The notes under the pieces: generated by a model
Databases searched by the model: none
What the model saw: only the letters and a program-made list of their open reading frames with translations
Told to the model about the DNA's origin: nothing
Program-made: the position numbers and the translations under genes
Shown here: piece by piece, positions 31,343 through 49,500 of the stretch
How the letters are laid out: each line of letters starts with the position of its first letter
Numbering within the stretch: the stretch's first letter is position 1
DNA from: the human T2T-CHM13v2.0 reference genome, Homo sapiens
NCBI RefSeq assembly: GCF_009914755.1
Contig: NC_060936.1
Strand: one strand, 5' to 3'
Length of the DNA: 64,000 bases

Positions 31343-31606
31343 TCACCTCACCCAGGAAGCACAAGGGGTCAGGGAATTCCCTTTCCTAGTCAAAGAAAGG
31401 GGTGACAGACGGCACCTGGAAAATCGGGTCACTCCCACCCTAATACTGCACTTTCCCAACGGGCTTAAGAAACGGCACACCAGGAGATTATATCCCGCAC
31501 ATGACTCGGAGGGTCCTATGCCCACGGAGTCTCGCTCATTGCTAGCACAGCAGTCTGAGATCAAACTGCAAGGCGGCAGCGAGGCTGGGGGAGGGGCGCC
31601 CACCAT
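31343..31606 (-). CDS. L1 antisense ORF0 homolog, 87 aa, open (MVGAPPPASLPPCSLISDCCASNERDSVG...)
   Basis: C-terminal part of ORF 31343..31675, starting from the ATG at 31606; matches the recalled ORF0 N-terminus MAGAPPPASLPPCSLISDCCASN; expression unknown. Confidence 0.6.
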   Translation of the reverse strand: MVGAPPPASLPPCSLISDCCASNERDSVGIGPSESCAGYNLLVCRFLSPLGKCSIRVGVTRFSRCRLSPLSLTRKGNSLTPCASWVR

Positions 31607-32182
31607 TGCCGAGACTTGATTAGGTAAACAAAGCGGCTGGGAAGCTCGAACTGGGTGGAGCCCACCACAGCTCAAGGAGGCCTGCCTGCCTCTGTAGGCT
31701 CCACCTCTGGGGGCAGGGCACAGACAAACAAAAAGACAGCAGTAACCTCTGCAGACTTAAATGTCCCTCTCTGACAGCTTTGAAGAGAGTAGTGGTTCTC
31801 CCAGCATGCAGCTTGAGATCTGAGAATGGGCAGACTGCCTCCTCAAGTGGTTCCCTGACCCCCGAGTAGCCTAACTGGGAGGCACCCCCCAGTAGGGGCG
31901 GACTGACACCTCACACGGCCAGGTACTCCTCTGAGACAAAACTTCCAGAGGAACGATCAGGCAGCAGCATTTGCGGTTCACCAGTACCTGCTGTTCTGCA
32001 GCCACCATTGCTGACACCCAGGCAAACAGGGTCTGGAGTGGACCTCTAGCAAACTCCAACAGACCTGCAGCTGAGGGTACTGTCTGTTAGAAGGAAAACT
32101 AACAAACAGGAAGGACATCCACATCAAAAACCCATCTGTACGTCACCATCATCAAAGACCAAAGGTAGATGAAACCACAAAG

Positions 32183-33200
32183 ATGGGGAAAAAACAGAGC
32201 AGAAAAACTGGAAACTCTAAAAATCACAGCACCTCTCCTCCTCCAAAGGAACGCAGCTCCTCACCAGCAACAGAACAAAGCTGAACGGAGAATGACTTTG
32301 ACGAGTTGAGAAAAGAAGGCTTCACACGATCAAACTACTCCAAGCTGCAGGAGGAAGTTCGAACCAATGGCAAAGAAGTTAAAAACTGAAAAAAAATTAA
32401 ATGAATGGCTAACTAGAATAACCAATGCAGAGAAGTCCTTAAAGGACCTGATGGACCTGAAAACCAAGGCACGAGAACTACGTGACGAATGCAGAAGCCT
32501 CAGTAGCCGATGCAACTGGAAGAAAGGCTATCAGTGATGGAAGACGAAATGAATGAAATAAAGCAAGAAGAGAAGTTTAGAGAAAAAAGAATGAAAAGAA
32601 ACGAACAAAGCCTCCAAGAAATATGGGACTATATGAAAAGACCAAATGTAGGTCTGATTGGTGTACCTGAAAGTGACAGGGAGAATGGAACCAAGTTGGA
32701 AAACACTCTGCAGGATATTATCCAGGAGAACTTCCCCAATCTAGCAAGGCAGGCCAACATTCAAATTCAGGAAATACAGAGAATGCCACAAAGATACTCC
32801 TTGAGAAGAGCAACTCCAAGACGCATAATTGTCAGATTCACCAAAGTTGAAATGAAAGAAAAAATGTTAAGGGCAGCCAGGGAGAAAGATCGGGTTACCC
32901 ACAAAGGGAAGCCCATCAGACTAACAGCGGATCTCTCAGCAGAAACTCTACAAGCCAGAAGAGAGTGGGGGCCAATATTCAACATTCTCAAAGAAAAGAA
33001 TTTTCAACCCAGAATTTCATATCCAGCCAAACTAAGCTTCATAAGTGAAGGAGAAATAAAATACTTTACAGACAAGCAAATGCTGAGAGACTTTGTCACC
33101 ACCAGGCCTGCCCTAAAAGAGCTCCTGAAGGAAGCACTAAACTTGGAAAGGAACAACCGGTAACTGGTACCAGCCACTACAAAAACATGCCAAATTGTAA
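32183..33200 (+). pseudogene. L1 ORF1 (RNA-binding chaperone), disrupted
   Basis: ATG GGG AAA AAA CAG start at 32183; early TGA near 32282, frameshifts and a 7-nt duplication near the end; ORF 32510..33163 is the largest open piece. Confidence 0.93.
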
Positions 33201-33256
33201 AGACTGTCAAGGCTAGGAAGAAACTGCATCAACTAACAAGCAAAATAGCCAGCTGA

Positions 33257-37062
<3,806 letters not shown>

Positions 37063-37284
37063 ACAATGAGAACACATGGACACGGGGTGGGGAACATCAC
37101 ACACCGGGGACTGTTGTGGGGTGGGGGGAGGGGGGAGGGATAGCATTGGGAGGTAATACCTAATGCTAAATGACGAGTTAATGGGTGCAGCACACCAACA
37201 TGGCACATGTATACATATGTAACAAACCTGCACATTGTGCACATGTACCCTAAAACTTAAAGTGTAATAATAATAAAATTTTAA

Positions 37285-37826
<542 letters not shown>

Positions 37827-38843
37827 TGATGTTGAGCCCTTATGTGTTTATTGGCTATTTGTATTTTCTTCTCTGTGAAGTGTGAGCCAAATGTTCATTT
37901 TTCTTAGTGAATTGTCTTTTTATTATTGACTTTAAGAGTCCTTTTAAAAACAAATCCTGGATGTAACTTCCTTGTCAGCATTATGTATTTTCTCCCAGTC
38001 CATTAACTCCCTATTTGTTTTCTTAATTCTTTTAATTTTGAAAAAACTTAGGAGGATTTTTTTATTTGTTTAGCTTTTATATTTATTGCTCTCTGTGTTC
38101 TGTTTAAAGAAATCTTGCCTACCCCAAGGTCAGAAATATATTCTTCAAAGTTTTCTTCTTGAAACTTTATAGTTTTTATGGTTAGGTCTAAAATCCATCT
38201 TAAACTAATTTTTATATTTGTTTTGAGGTAGGGGTCAAGATTAATTTTTTAGTTTATGGATAGTTGTTTCAACACCATTTGTTGAGAAGATTTTTCCTTC
38301 CTCATTGAATTGCTATGATACTTTCATCAAAAGTCAACTGACCATTTAGTATGTGTTTATTTCTGGACTTTTTATTCTCTTTCATTGATTTATTTGTCTA
38401 TCCTTGTGCCAGTATCACACTGTTTTGATTACTTAGGTTTAGAGTTAAAAATCAGGTAATATAATACTCCAACTTTTTTCTTTCAATCCTGTTTTCGCTA
38501 CTCCAGGTCCTTTGCATTTCCATGTAAATTTTAGAATCTAGAATTTTAGAATTAGTCAGTTTTTGCTTTTTAAGCCTGCTAAGCGTATAATGAACAGTTA
38601 TGAATGTATTGGTCAGTTTGGAGAGAATTTTAACATTAAACCACTTTTAATACCATTGCATCATCCAGTCCACGAACATGTCATGACCCTTAATTTATTT
38701 AGGTTTTGTTTTCTGTCAGCACTGTTTTGTAGCTTTCAATGTAGGGGTCTTACATGGTATGATTCATTTTTGAGAGGAAAAAAGTACTACTATAAAATTT
38801 ACCTGTGGTTTTCTCTGGGTGAAGGACTGATGGCTGCTATATG

Positions 38844-38846
<3 letters not shown>

Positions 38847-38890
<44 letters not shown>
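38847..38890 (+). repeat. (AC)22 microsatellite
   Basis: Read directly. Confidence 0.97.
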
Positions 38891-38893
<3 letters not shown>

Positions 38894-39167
38894 TATATTT
38901 TACTTGTGTCTGTATTTTCTAAATTTCCTACAATGACAATGTATCATTTTTTTTAGTAAGAGAAAAAAGGGAACCAGTGTGTTAGGCAGTATGCTATGCT
39001 TTTTGTCATTGATTTATGATAAACGTTGATTTTCAACTAGACCCAGTACAGCTTTCTCTATAACCAGGGTCTTTATCTCTTTCGCTCATACTGTACATGT
39101 GGTTAGGTGCTTGCTAAACTACCTCCAGTGATGTCATTCAAACATTATTGTAATCTGTTTTTTATAG

Positions 39168-39308
<141 letters not shown>

Positions 39309-40791
39309 TGAATAAGGACTGTGGGGTCTGTGAATTCCTGTTAGAGAACTGTGATAAGAGTTTACCTTATTTAAAGTCCAATTCCTCAAGAGAAAATTCT
39401 AAAGAGGACTGTACTGCCCCATCAGAAATAACCTTCCATTATCAGCAGTTTGTTTATACTCGGAGAATGTTAGCTGTATCGCCATCATCATGTTTATTCT
39501 CTTGTGGTTATTCTTTCAGTCTTAAATTATTGTTATTTTATATTCATACATACATTAGTACTGCTACTAGATTTCATGGTTTTGAAGGACAGAGATGGTG
39601 TCTTACATGTTTTATAAATAAATTAAAATAAGCTTACAGTGCCTTGCCCGTACATATTTTTTATTGTATGGTAAAATTGCTTATGTAAAATATGCTTATG
39701 CTTATTGTATAGTAAAATATGCTTAATGGTAAAATATGCGTAACATAAAGTTTACTGTTTTAAGTGTACAATTTTCTGGACTTAAGTACATTCACATTAT
39801 TGTACAACCATCACCACAGCAGATAGTTTTAAAAATGTTTACTGGATGAGTTCATCTTCTAGACCTTGAATTTAAAGTTCACATTATCCAGCCTCCTTCA
39901 CTTATTGTGAAGATTCTCTGATCCAAACATGCTAGATGATTTGCGTTGTCACCCAGCTGGTTAGTGGTAAGAGTAAGGGTTAGAACCTATCTTCTGGCCT
40001 TGAACTAGTATGTAATATTTATTTTTTATTAATTTATTATTAAACAGAGATCAACCATATTGGCATGTGGGGTGTTGGCAAGAGGCAGCCCTCAATTTTC
40101 TTCCCATTTAATGTATATGCTACTCTTACTAAGTTATGGAATTATTATTTGTTAGACTATCTTGTTAACTAAATAGTCTGGTTTGTAGTGAGTTATCATG
40201 TGTTCCATCCGTGAATAATCTTTTTCAAGGGTTGCAAACACTACCTTCAGGGGCTGACTGTAAAATAATGGAAGGTCACGGGATCTGTGGAAGTCGAGAG
40301 TAACCACCTGAATGCATCCAGATCCGATTTTCCTGTATTAAAACACCCTTCAATCCAAATAATACAGGTCTCTCATTCTGCCCCTTGGCTACCATTTGTG
40401 CATGTCCTTGATTTAATCCAAATAATTAGAAAATTCTGAATGTTAAAGCTGGGTCTCAACTGAATTTTAAGCTCTTTTGGATGATTGGAAGAGTCTGAAA
40501 CTTAAAATAGCAAAAATGGATAGTAGAAACAACAAAGGCTTTTGAGCCTGAGACGTAATTGTTCAAATCCTGGTTTCTTACATCCTAACTGATGAACTTT
40601 GGGCAAATCTGAACTTTTCTAAGCTTCAGTTTTCTCATCTTTTTAATAAAAGTAATTCCACTTTCTTGCAGGGTTCTTGTGATGATTCGGAGATATAATA
40701 TACGTAAAGCTCTGTATTTTCCACAGCTCCCCATGTAGTTCTCAGGAGCTACACTTACCTTCACACTATAACTGAGAAGAATGTTGGGTTA

Positions 40792-41196
<405 letters not shown>

Positions 41197-41684
41197 TTAA
41201 AAGTTTGGTTATACATAATCCAGTGAGGAATAAAGTCAGAATAGATGGTTCAGGGAAAAGAACTTTGTTTTCCAGAATTGTTTTGGACAGTATTTACCTA
41301 AATGTGATATAAAGGATGATTTTCAGTGATACAGGGTCATTTTTTATGTAAGTAATTACATACTTATTAGAAGGAATACAACTAGCACATCAAATCCATT
41401 TTTGTGATATATGTGATTTTATGGTATTATTGCATAGGATGAAGCTTAGCTTAAAATTGGTTGTTTAAAGATGATTAGACGTATTACATAAATAAGTACT
41501 ACAGAGATATGCTGATATTCGTGATGGTGGAACTTGAATGACTAGCATTTGGAAAGTATTGTTTAGGTGTGTCTGTGTAGAGGGAAAAACACGGGCAGAT
41601 ATTCAGTAGTTCTCAGTGCTTGTCCTTGAGGGTGGGCCTGCAGAGGCCTTTGTCTTGGTATACTGGCCTTTCAGTTCCTTGGAG

Positions 41685-41861
41685 ACTGTGGTTCTCAAAG
41701 AACATTCCCTGGACTAGTAGCATCTGCATCACTAGGGGACTTGTAAGAAATACTTGAACTCTTCCTACTGAATCAGAAACCCTAGGGGTGGGTCCCGGTA
41801 ATCTGTGTCTTAACAAGCCCTCCAGATGATTCTAGTGCATGCTAAAGTTTAGAAACCACTG
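41685..41861. mobile_element. MER5A (hAT-Charlie)
   Basis: gtggttctcaaag...ctactgaatcagaaac...gctaaagtttagaaaccactg. Confidence 0.85.
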
Positions 41862-43404
41862 CCATAAGAGTGGTTAGGCTCCAAGATGCCTAAGTCCCAG
41901 ACCACTCTTTCCTCTAATGTAGTATTAAAAGATCTCCGGAGTTCTGAAATAGGCAACAATTCTGTGTCAGCATTCTGGGTTCGTTTGTTAGTCCTTTTTT
42001 CTCCCCCTCTTTCACATAATCCACAGGTTAGTATCCCACAAAGGAGTATCTGAACTACTCTTAGCTTTCTCCTAAAAAGTCTTACCTGCTGCTAGATTGA
42101 GAAGATCCCCACTCACCATATGACTCTGGGAACAGTCCTGGAAAAATATGCTAAGTATTAACTCATTTCAATTTAGACCTAGGGTTTGCTTTCCAGCATA
42201 TAGTCATTAAAAAGGGGAGTGAAATGAGTTAGAGTTCAATCCCAAGGGGGTGATGGACTGTACCTCTAATCGAGTGGCATTATACAGTTCAGTAGGGGCA
42301 TTTTCCGTAAATATCCATATTTATTTCTACTTATAAATGTCTTGGGAGAATCTACTACCAGTGTTTATGCAAAAGGAAAATGTGAAATGGGCTTTGTTGA
42401 AAATTGAAAATTTTGTTAGTGAAAGTTTGCTTTATTTTTCTCATTAACAAGAAAGATAACTACAACTAGAAGAGTTAGATGTTCCATGTAACTTGCCACA
42501 TTAAGATTAGAACAATAAAATGTAAATTATATATACTTAAATGGAGGACCATACAGCTTTCGAAATACCAATTGAAAATGTAAATTACTTATAGCTGCCC
42601 AGACACTGAGTTTTTCTGCTTGGTTTTGTGGTAACTGGTGTTACGATTGTAAGAGGGTTTTTTTTTTTTTTTTTTTTTTTTTCTTGAGGATGGACAAGAG
42701 CCTTTTCTTTTTAAAGACCTTCTTATTGATGTAATTGTTTTGTGGGTACAAGATAACAAAGTAGCTTTTAGGGCTACTTTTTCTTTTACCACATTCAAAC
42801 ACATTTCTTTTAACACATTCCAGAGTTCTCAGTAATAGAGAGTAAATTGACCTAGAGAAGAAATAAAACTTCCTTTGAAGGAAAATGGAGTATTTGAAAC
42901 ACATACAGAATTCTAACATCCTACATTATTTAGTGAAATTACTTAGCAGCAACAACAAAATGTATGAAGGAGAATGCTTGCTTGTTTTTTTTTTTTTTGA
43001 ATGCAGTCTATTGATTTATTGTCATAGTGATAAATTTTATAAAAGAGATTTCATTGGGATTTTACTAAATGATTAAGGTAAGTAAAGAAGAAATTTTAAA
43101 ATAGTATGTATCATCTGTGGAAAAGCCTATAAATACTCCTTGGAATTGGCAGAAGCTCAGGCTACATTCTCAAAATTTGTCTTTTTAGATGTAGGATCTA
43201 CTTCAGTTTTTTTGTCTCTCCAAACAAACCAGTGCAATTATTTTATCAGTTCTGAGTCAACTTACTATGATTGAGCCAGATTCATTCATATGGGTTTCAG
43301 TGTTTCTGCTAGAGAAGATTGACTAGAACATTTGCTACAAATTCATTCATCTGTTCATTCATTCGGCAGTTATTTGTTGCATGCCAGACAGCATGTTAGT
43401 ACAA

Positions 43405-43925
43405 TTCTTGTTATCACTGCATGACAAACAATTCTAAAACTTAGTGGCTTAATGTAACTGTTCATTGTGTATCTCATGATTCTGTGGTTTGACCGGGTTT
43501 AACTTAAGGTGGAGGAGGGAGTTCTCATTTCAGGTCTCTTACAAAGTTGCAGACAGATAGCAGCTGAGGTTTGAGTCATCTGGAAGCTCACCTGGGCTGG
43601 ACATTCAAGATGGCATCTTCACTCATATCTCTGGCCCCTCCTTGATTTTCCATTTCATTGGGATTTTACTAAATGAAATGTAGCCTCTCTCTCTGTGCAA
43701 CAGAGCGTTCTGGACTTTAGTGTCTCAGGACTCTAAGAGAAAGGAAGAGGAAACTGCCAGTTGACTTAAAGATTAATTCTGGAATTGGCTGGTATCATTT
43801 CAGCTGTATTCTCTTGGTTAAATTAATCATAGGCCAATCCCAAGGGAGTGATAGATTCCACCTTTAATGAAGGAATGGCATGAAGTTTATATGAAGGGAA
43901 GAAGTTGATGTAGTCATCTTTGACA
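43405..43925 (-). mobile_element. MLT1-family LTR (old)
   Basis: aaaacttagtggcttaa, gggctggacattcaagatggc; boundaries approximate. Confidence 0.65.
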
Positions 43926-44136
43926 CAGAGGTACTCACAGGTTACTGAGGACAATGATGAAAAGTCATCATCTCAGCTCAGGAAATTTCCAGACTAGTTG
44001 AATTTATTTGAATGGAGAGAATCATAACAATTCAGTATTTTCTTAGTTGAATGTTATAGTATTGATACTTTTCTTGAGGTACGTTAAATTTTAATGTCCA
44101 TTTTCTCAAAATTTTTCTCCAATTTCTGACTTACAG

Positions 44137-44271
44137 GTTAAGGAATTCAATTTCCGAGCCAAATGTATCTATACTGCAGTGATGGTGCGAAGAGTTATTC
44201 TGGCCCAAGGAGATAATAAAGTTGACGACAGAGATTATTATGGTAACAAGCGACTGGAATTGGCAGGACAG
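44137..44271 (+). CDS. POLR3B: POLR3B exon (probably exon 12, 135 nt): [45 protein letters not shown]
   Basis: ctgac branch-point-like sequence plus ttacag| acceptor, CAG|gtgatt donor; DDRD-x-x-GNKRL motif of beta-like subunits. Confidence 0.97.
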
Positions 44272-44367
44272 GTGATTTAATATTTTATGTCAGAAATCTT
44301 GTTTTCCTTAATGAAAATTAATTTGGTTTTCATTTCACATAAGAAGAAACATTTGAATGAAATATAG

Positions 44368-44773
<406 letters not shown>

Positions 44774-45951
44774 TGACCTATATCTTTTGTTGGGATGTTT
44801 ACCCTCATTCTGTATAATATACAAAGTGAAGTATGACTTTAAGTAATATCATTTATTCAGTTAACAAACATTTACTAAACACCTATTATGTTCTAGGCAT
44901 ACTCCTAAGTACTAGTTATATAAGAGGGAGTAAGACAGACAAAAGCCCCTTTTCTCTTACTCCTTGTAGTCTCAGTGGAAGGGAGAGAGACAATAATCAA
45001 GGAAACAATCCGCTGATTGTTTTGGTGACATGGTAGAGGTAGGTTAGTGAGGATATCTCTAATCTCATTTTAAGTCTTAGCTGATAAATGACATTTTATT
45101 TCAAGACTGTGTATCTCTTTCAACTGGCTAGCAAGCATCCAAAAATCTTTGGCTAGCAAGTAACTAAAAAGCTCCAGTTAATTTTTTAGTTTAGATATTG
45201 TATTTTTCTGTTTTAGAAATTTCATTTAGGTATTTTTTCATAGCTTCTATTTCTCTACAGAGATTTTGTATTTGTTCATCCATCACAAGCCTATTTTTAT
45301 TTACATCCTTGTATTTTAATAGCTACTTTAAAACCTTTGCTGCTAATTTCAACGTCTCAGTCACTTGTGGGTCATTCTCTTCATTAGCTTTTCTCTTGAA
45401 TGTGGCTCATGTTTTTCTGTTTCTTCTTATGTCTGATAATTTTGGATTGCAACCTGATAGACATTGTGGATAAGTTGTGGAGGCTCTGAATTCTGCTGTA
45501 TTCCTCTAAAGAGTGTCCCAGTTTTTTGTTTTTTTTTTAAGACCCTCTGAACTTGGCTGAAAACCTCTGAATCCTGCCTTCCTGCAGCAAACATCAGCTG
45601 AAATATTCATTTAGTTCTTTCAGTTGTAGCTTGGGTCAATTGGGGATTTAGATAGAGTTTAAATGTGGAATTTGGAATTTCCTCACTTACATTCTAGCTG
45701 TTGAGGTAGCTCAGATCTTTTTCTTTTGGTTCTTCAATCCAGTAAGACTGCAACTTACTTTCTCATGTTTTAGCCTTCTGATTTGACAGGGATCACTGCC
45801 TGCCCTTAGGTGAAAAGCCATAAAACAGGAAACTCACTCAGAACCATTTGCTTTTGATAAGCATTCCTTTTCCTCAGTTTCTTTCTGCTTCCTGATACTC
45901 TTTCAATGAATTTCAAGTAGTTGTTTTATCTAATATTTCATCCAGTTTATA

Positions 45952-46167
45952 CAGTTGAGCCACATTATGCATATTTGCAAATTTGTCTACTTGCTAAAAT
46001 GTATTTTCAACCTCCAAATCTGTACTCAGCGGCATTTTATTGGCCATTTGCAGGCATATGCAGAACTGCAAAAAATTTGAGTCACTACACATTCCTACTT
46101 GCAGTCTAACAAGGCAATGTTCTGCCTTCTTGTTTCAGCTCTCATACTGTAAACAAGTATCCTTTTT
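45952..46167 (+). mobile_element. MER82 5' fragment
   Basis: Collinear with the copy at 17670 (ctacttgctaaaat...aacaaggcaa...ctgccttcttgtttcagc). Confidence 0.75.
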
Positions 46168-46169
46168 AC

Positions 46170-46590
46170 TACTTTGATTTGCATTTCCCTAAAAACTGAT
46201 TATGTTGAACATCTTTTTATGTGCCTATTGGTCATTTATACACCTTCTTTGAAGAAATGTCTATTCAAGTCCTTTGCCCATTTAAAAATTTTTTTTCTTG
46301 TTGTTGTTGAGTTGTAGGAGTTCTTGGTATATTCTGGATACATACATATATCAGATATATGATTTGCAATTATTTTCTCCCATTCTATAGGTTGTTTTTT
46401 CACTTTTTTGACAGTGTCTTTTGATGTACAACAGTTCTTAATTTTGAAAGAGTCCTATTTGTCTATTATTTTCTCCTGTTGCCAGTGCTTTTGGTGTCAT
46501 ATTCATGAATTATAACCAAATTCAGTGTCTTGATTTCCCCAATGTTTTCTTCTAAAAGTTTTATAGTTTTAGCTCTTAAGTTTAGGCCTT
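46170..46590 (-). mobile_element. L1MB-like fragment
   Basis: tttgatttgcatttccct...gaagaaatgtctattcaagtcctttgcccattt. Confidence 0.75.
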
Positions 46591-49500
46591 TAGAGTGAGA
46601 ATTTTGTTAGATGTACAATTCTAGATTGATATTTATTATGTGTCACCATTTGGTGGTGGAGATATTTATTATCTCCCATCATTTACTAGTTTATTTGTTT
46701 GTTTTTATTTTTTTACTTTAGGCAAATATTTCACCTCCTTCTGCCTCAGGTTCCCTGTCTGTAAAAATGGGGTTCATGCCATGTACCTTATAGGATTGTT
46801 ATGGGATTAGATGAATGATGTATACCGTACCTTGAATGGCACAGAACCATTGTAGTTCCTTCACAGGTGTTCTGTCTTATCTCTCTAGGTACTTTTAAGA
46901 TATTCTTTTGGCTTTTGTTATTCTGCAGTTTTCTTTATGATATGCCTTGGTGTGAATTTCTTTTATTTTTTTTTTGCTTGGTATGTGCGTGTTCCTGCTA
47001 CCCAAGGATTAATGTCTTTAATCAGTTCAGAAAAATTCTCAGCTATTATCTCTTCAAGTGTTGCCTATTCTCCCTTTTTTCTGTTCTCTTTTTTCTATTA
47101 TCTTTGTTCCTTTACTGCATTCTGTGCGATTGTTTTTCTAATTTAGCTCTTAGTTCATTTTCTATTCAGCCATGTTCAGTAATTGAGTTTTTTGTTGTTT
47201 ACTTTTATAGAAGTCTTTTTCACATATTTTTGGTAATTTATTGGTTTTGCATTTTATGATGAAAATTCTGAAACATTCAGAAGAGTTAGAAGAATGATTT
47301 TGTGGTCACTTTGATCATCTTATTTTGTGTGTTTTTTTTATTTCTTCATAGATTTACATAGCTTTTTTTAATTCCATATTTGATAACTGTATTTTAGCAT
47401 CTAGAATCTAATATGCCATTAATTATCAGGTGGACCACTATTTTTATTTCCACTAAGAAATAAAACACATCACCAGTTAAATTATGACACAGTGCTAAGA
47501 TGTATCCCATGTTCAGGATGGGATACAAAAGTAAAAAAAAAAAAAAAAAAAAAATTCCAATCAGTGAAATATAGTAATTCCAGTATCTGATGTTCTAAAG
47601 CTGCTGAGTTAGTTGTTTTTGATTACTCTTACTCAAGATAGATTGGTTCCTTGTGAGTTTAGTGATCTTTGTTTATGAACTCATATTTAATTGAGCTCTG
47701 ATCCTGGGTGTTATTCTAGGGATACTTTCTTTTGGGGATATGTATTTTCTTTTTCAGGGAATAGTGCTGACCTGGAACTTCTAAGTCTTCTTACATGATT
47801 CTGAGGATTATGAGTTTCAAGTTCACATCCTTCATCTTGTCACTGAACTCTGATTTAGTCTCCAGGTCCCTAAGCTGATATCAGTATTTATTCTCAGGGC
47901 AACTCTGCCATTTGGGTTTGCTTATTGCTCCCTACTCCCTACCATGGCTTCACCTCATTTTTAATATGTTTTATCCAGAATCTAGTCATATTGTAGTAAC
48001 CAGACTCCTCAGAGAATCCAACCCAGTATGCTGCAAGCAGCAGAGGTCCCTTCATTTTCACAGTAGACTTGAAGCTTCATGAGGACAGAGACTGTATCTT
48101 TCTTGTTCATCTTACTAAACTTAGCAACTAATAAGATGCCCCAGATATAATGTTCATCACATATTTGTTGTAGTAATGAATCAATTAATTACATGTTCTA
48201 AAATAGTTTACTTTAAAGCCCCCTTTGAATTCTGATATTCTTTCTTCATTTGCTGTCTTAATCAGTTAACAGTGCCATCTACCCATGCTGCTGAGCTACG
48301 AACCTCTATGTCACTCCAGACTCTTTCTGTTCCTTCACTCTACACATCAGGTTCATCAAATCATCAAATCCTGCCTGTGCCACTTCCTAAATATATCTCT
48401 AATTTACTTCCAGTGTAACTGTTAGAGCACAGGCCTTCAACTTCAGTGTAACCTCCTAACAAGTGTCTCTGTTCTTAGCTTCACCCCAACTCCATTCATC
48501 TTCCACAGTGCTAATAAAATTATTTCAACACACAAATATGATCTTCTCACTCTTGTACTTAGGCTATTTGAATGGCTCCCTCTGAAAGCAGTGAGGTCAC
48601 TACAGTGAGATGTGATGTGGTTAATGGAAGATACCAAGTTAGGGAATGATGTGTCAGCCAAATCATCTTTTAGGAATTTAGAGTCTATGTTGTTGGTGAC
48701 AATTCTACTTAGGAGATCAGTCTTTGTGGTTGTCACAGAGGGATGATGGTATGGTTGATGGAAAGAGGATGCCAAGTTTCCTTAATAACTAAAGATATGG
48801 TAACTTAGGGATATGGGTGTATAAAGCACTAGCATGCTCCTAATTAGGGACACTACTTTCTGAGTCCCCTGGAATTTTCCCAGGAGATATGTATCTGTGA
48901 ATGATACCACTGGCCTAGAATGAAATTTTGCAAAGCCCAAGACACTTCTTTTGTTATTCTGATGGTTATTCATTTATTTTACCAATTTAAACAAATATCT
49001 TTAATTTTTTTAAAAGTGTTATGATTTTTAAAAAGTAATGTTAGCAGTAAAAATAATAAATATTGTAAAATAGCAGAAGTCATTCTTAGTAAACATTTAA
49101 AAAAATAGCATAGCAAAAAGAATTTTAAACAAAAAGATTTGCAGTGAAAAGTGACCCACCTCTGACCCTCTTTTCCCTCTGACTCAGTTCCCCAGTTCTC
49201 CTTTCCAGAAAGTCACTTTTCCTATACTGTCCTCTATCCTTCCAGAGACACTCTATGCATATACAAATATCTTTATTAACTGGCAGTTTAAAGTTAAACC
49301 ATTGGAAGCTCTTGCCCTGAAAACTATTCAGGACTCTGTGAATTTATGCTTAGTGGGGCTTCCTTGGGGATCATTGTCACAGGCAAGTTTGGAGTCAGGT
49401 TTTGCAAGTTCAGAAGAAGTTATATAAAGGTGTGGTTTGCTGTCATTAGTTTGAAACAGATTTTCAAAGCAGTTATGTCCGAGAATGTTATTTGACCATT

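Noticed and set aside
37118-37140. G-quadruplex-like G tracts (also about 5103-5126)
   Set aside because: Standard L1 3' UTR polypurine tract.
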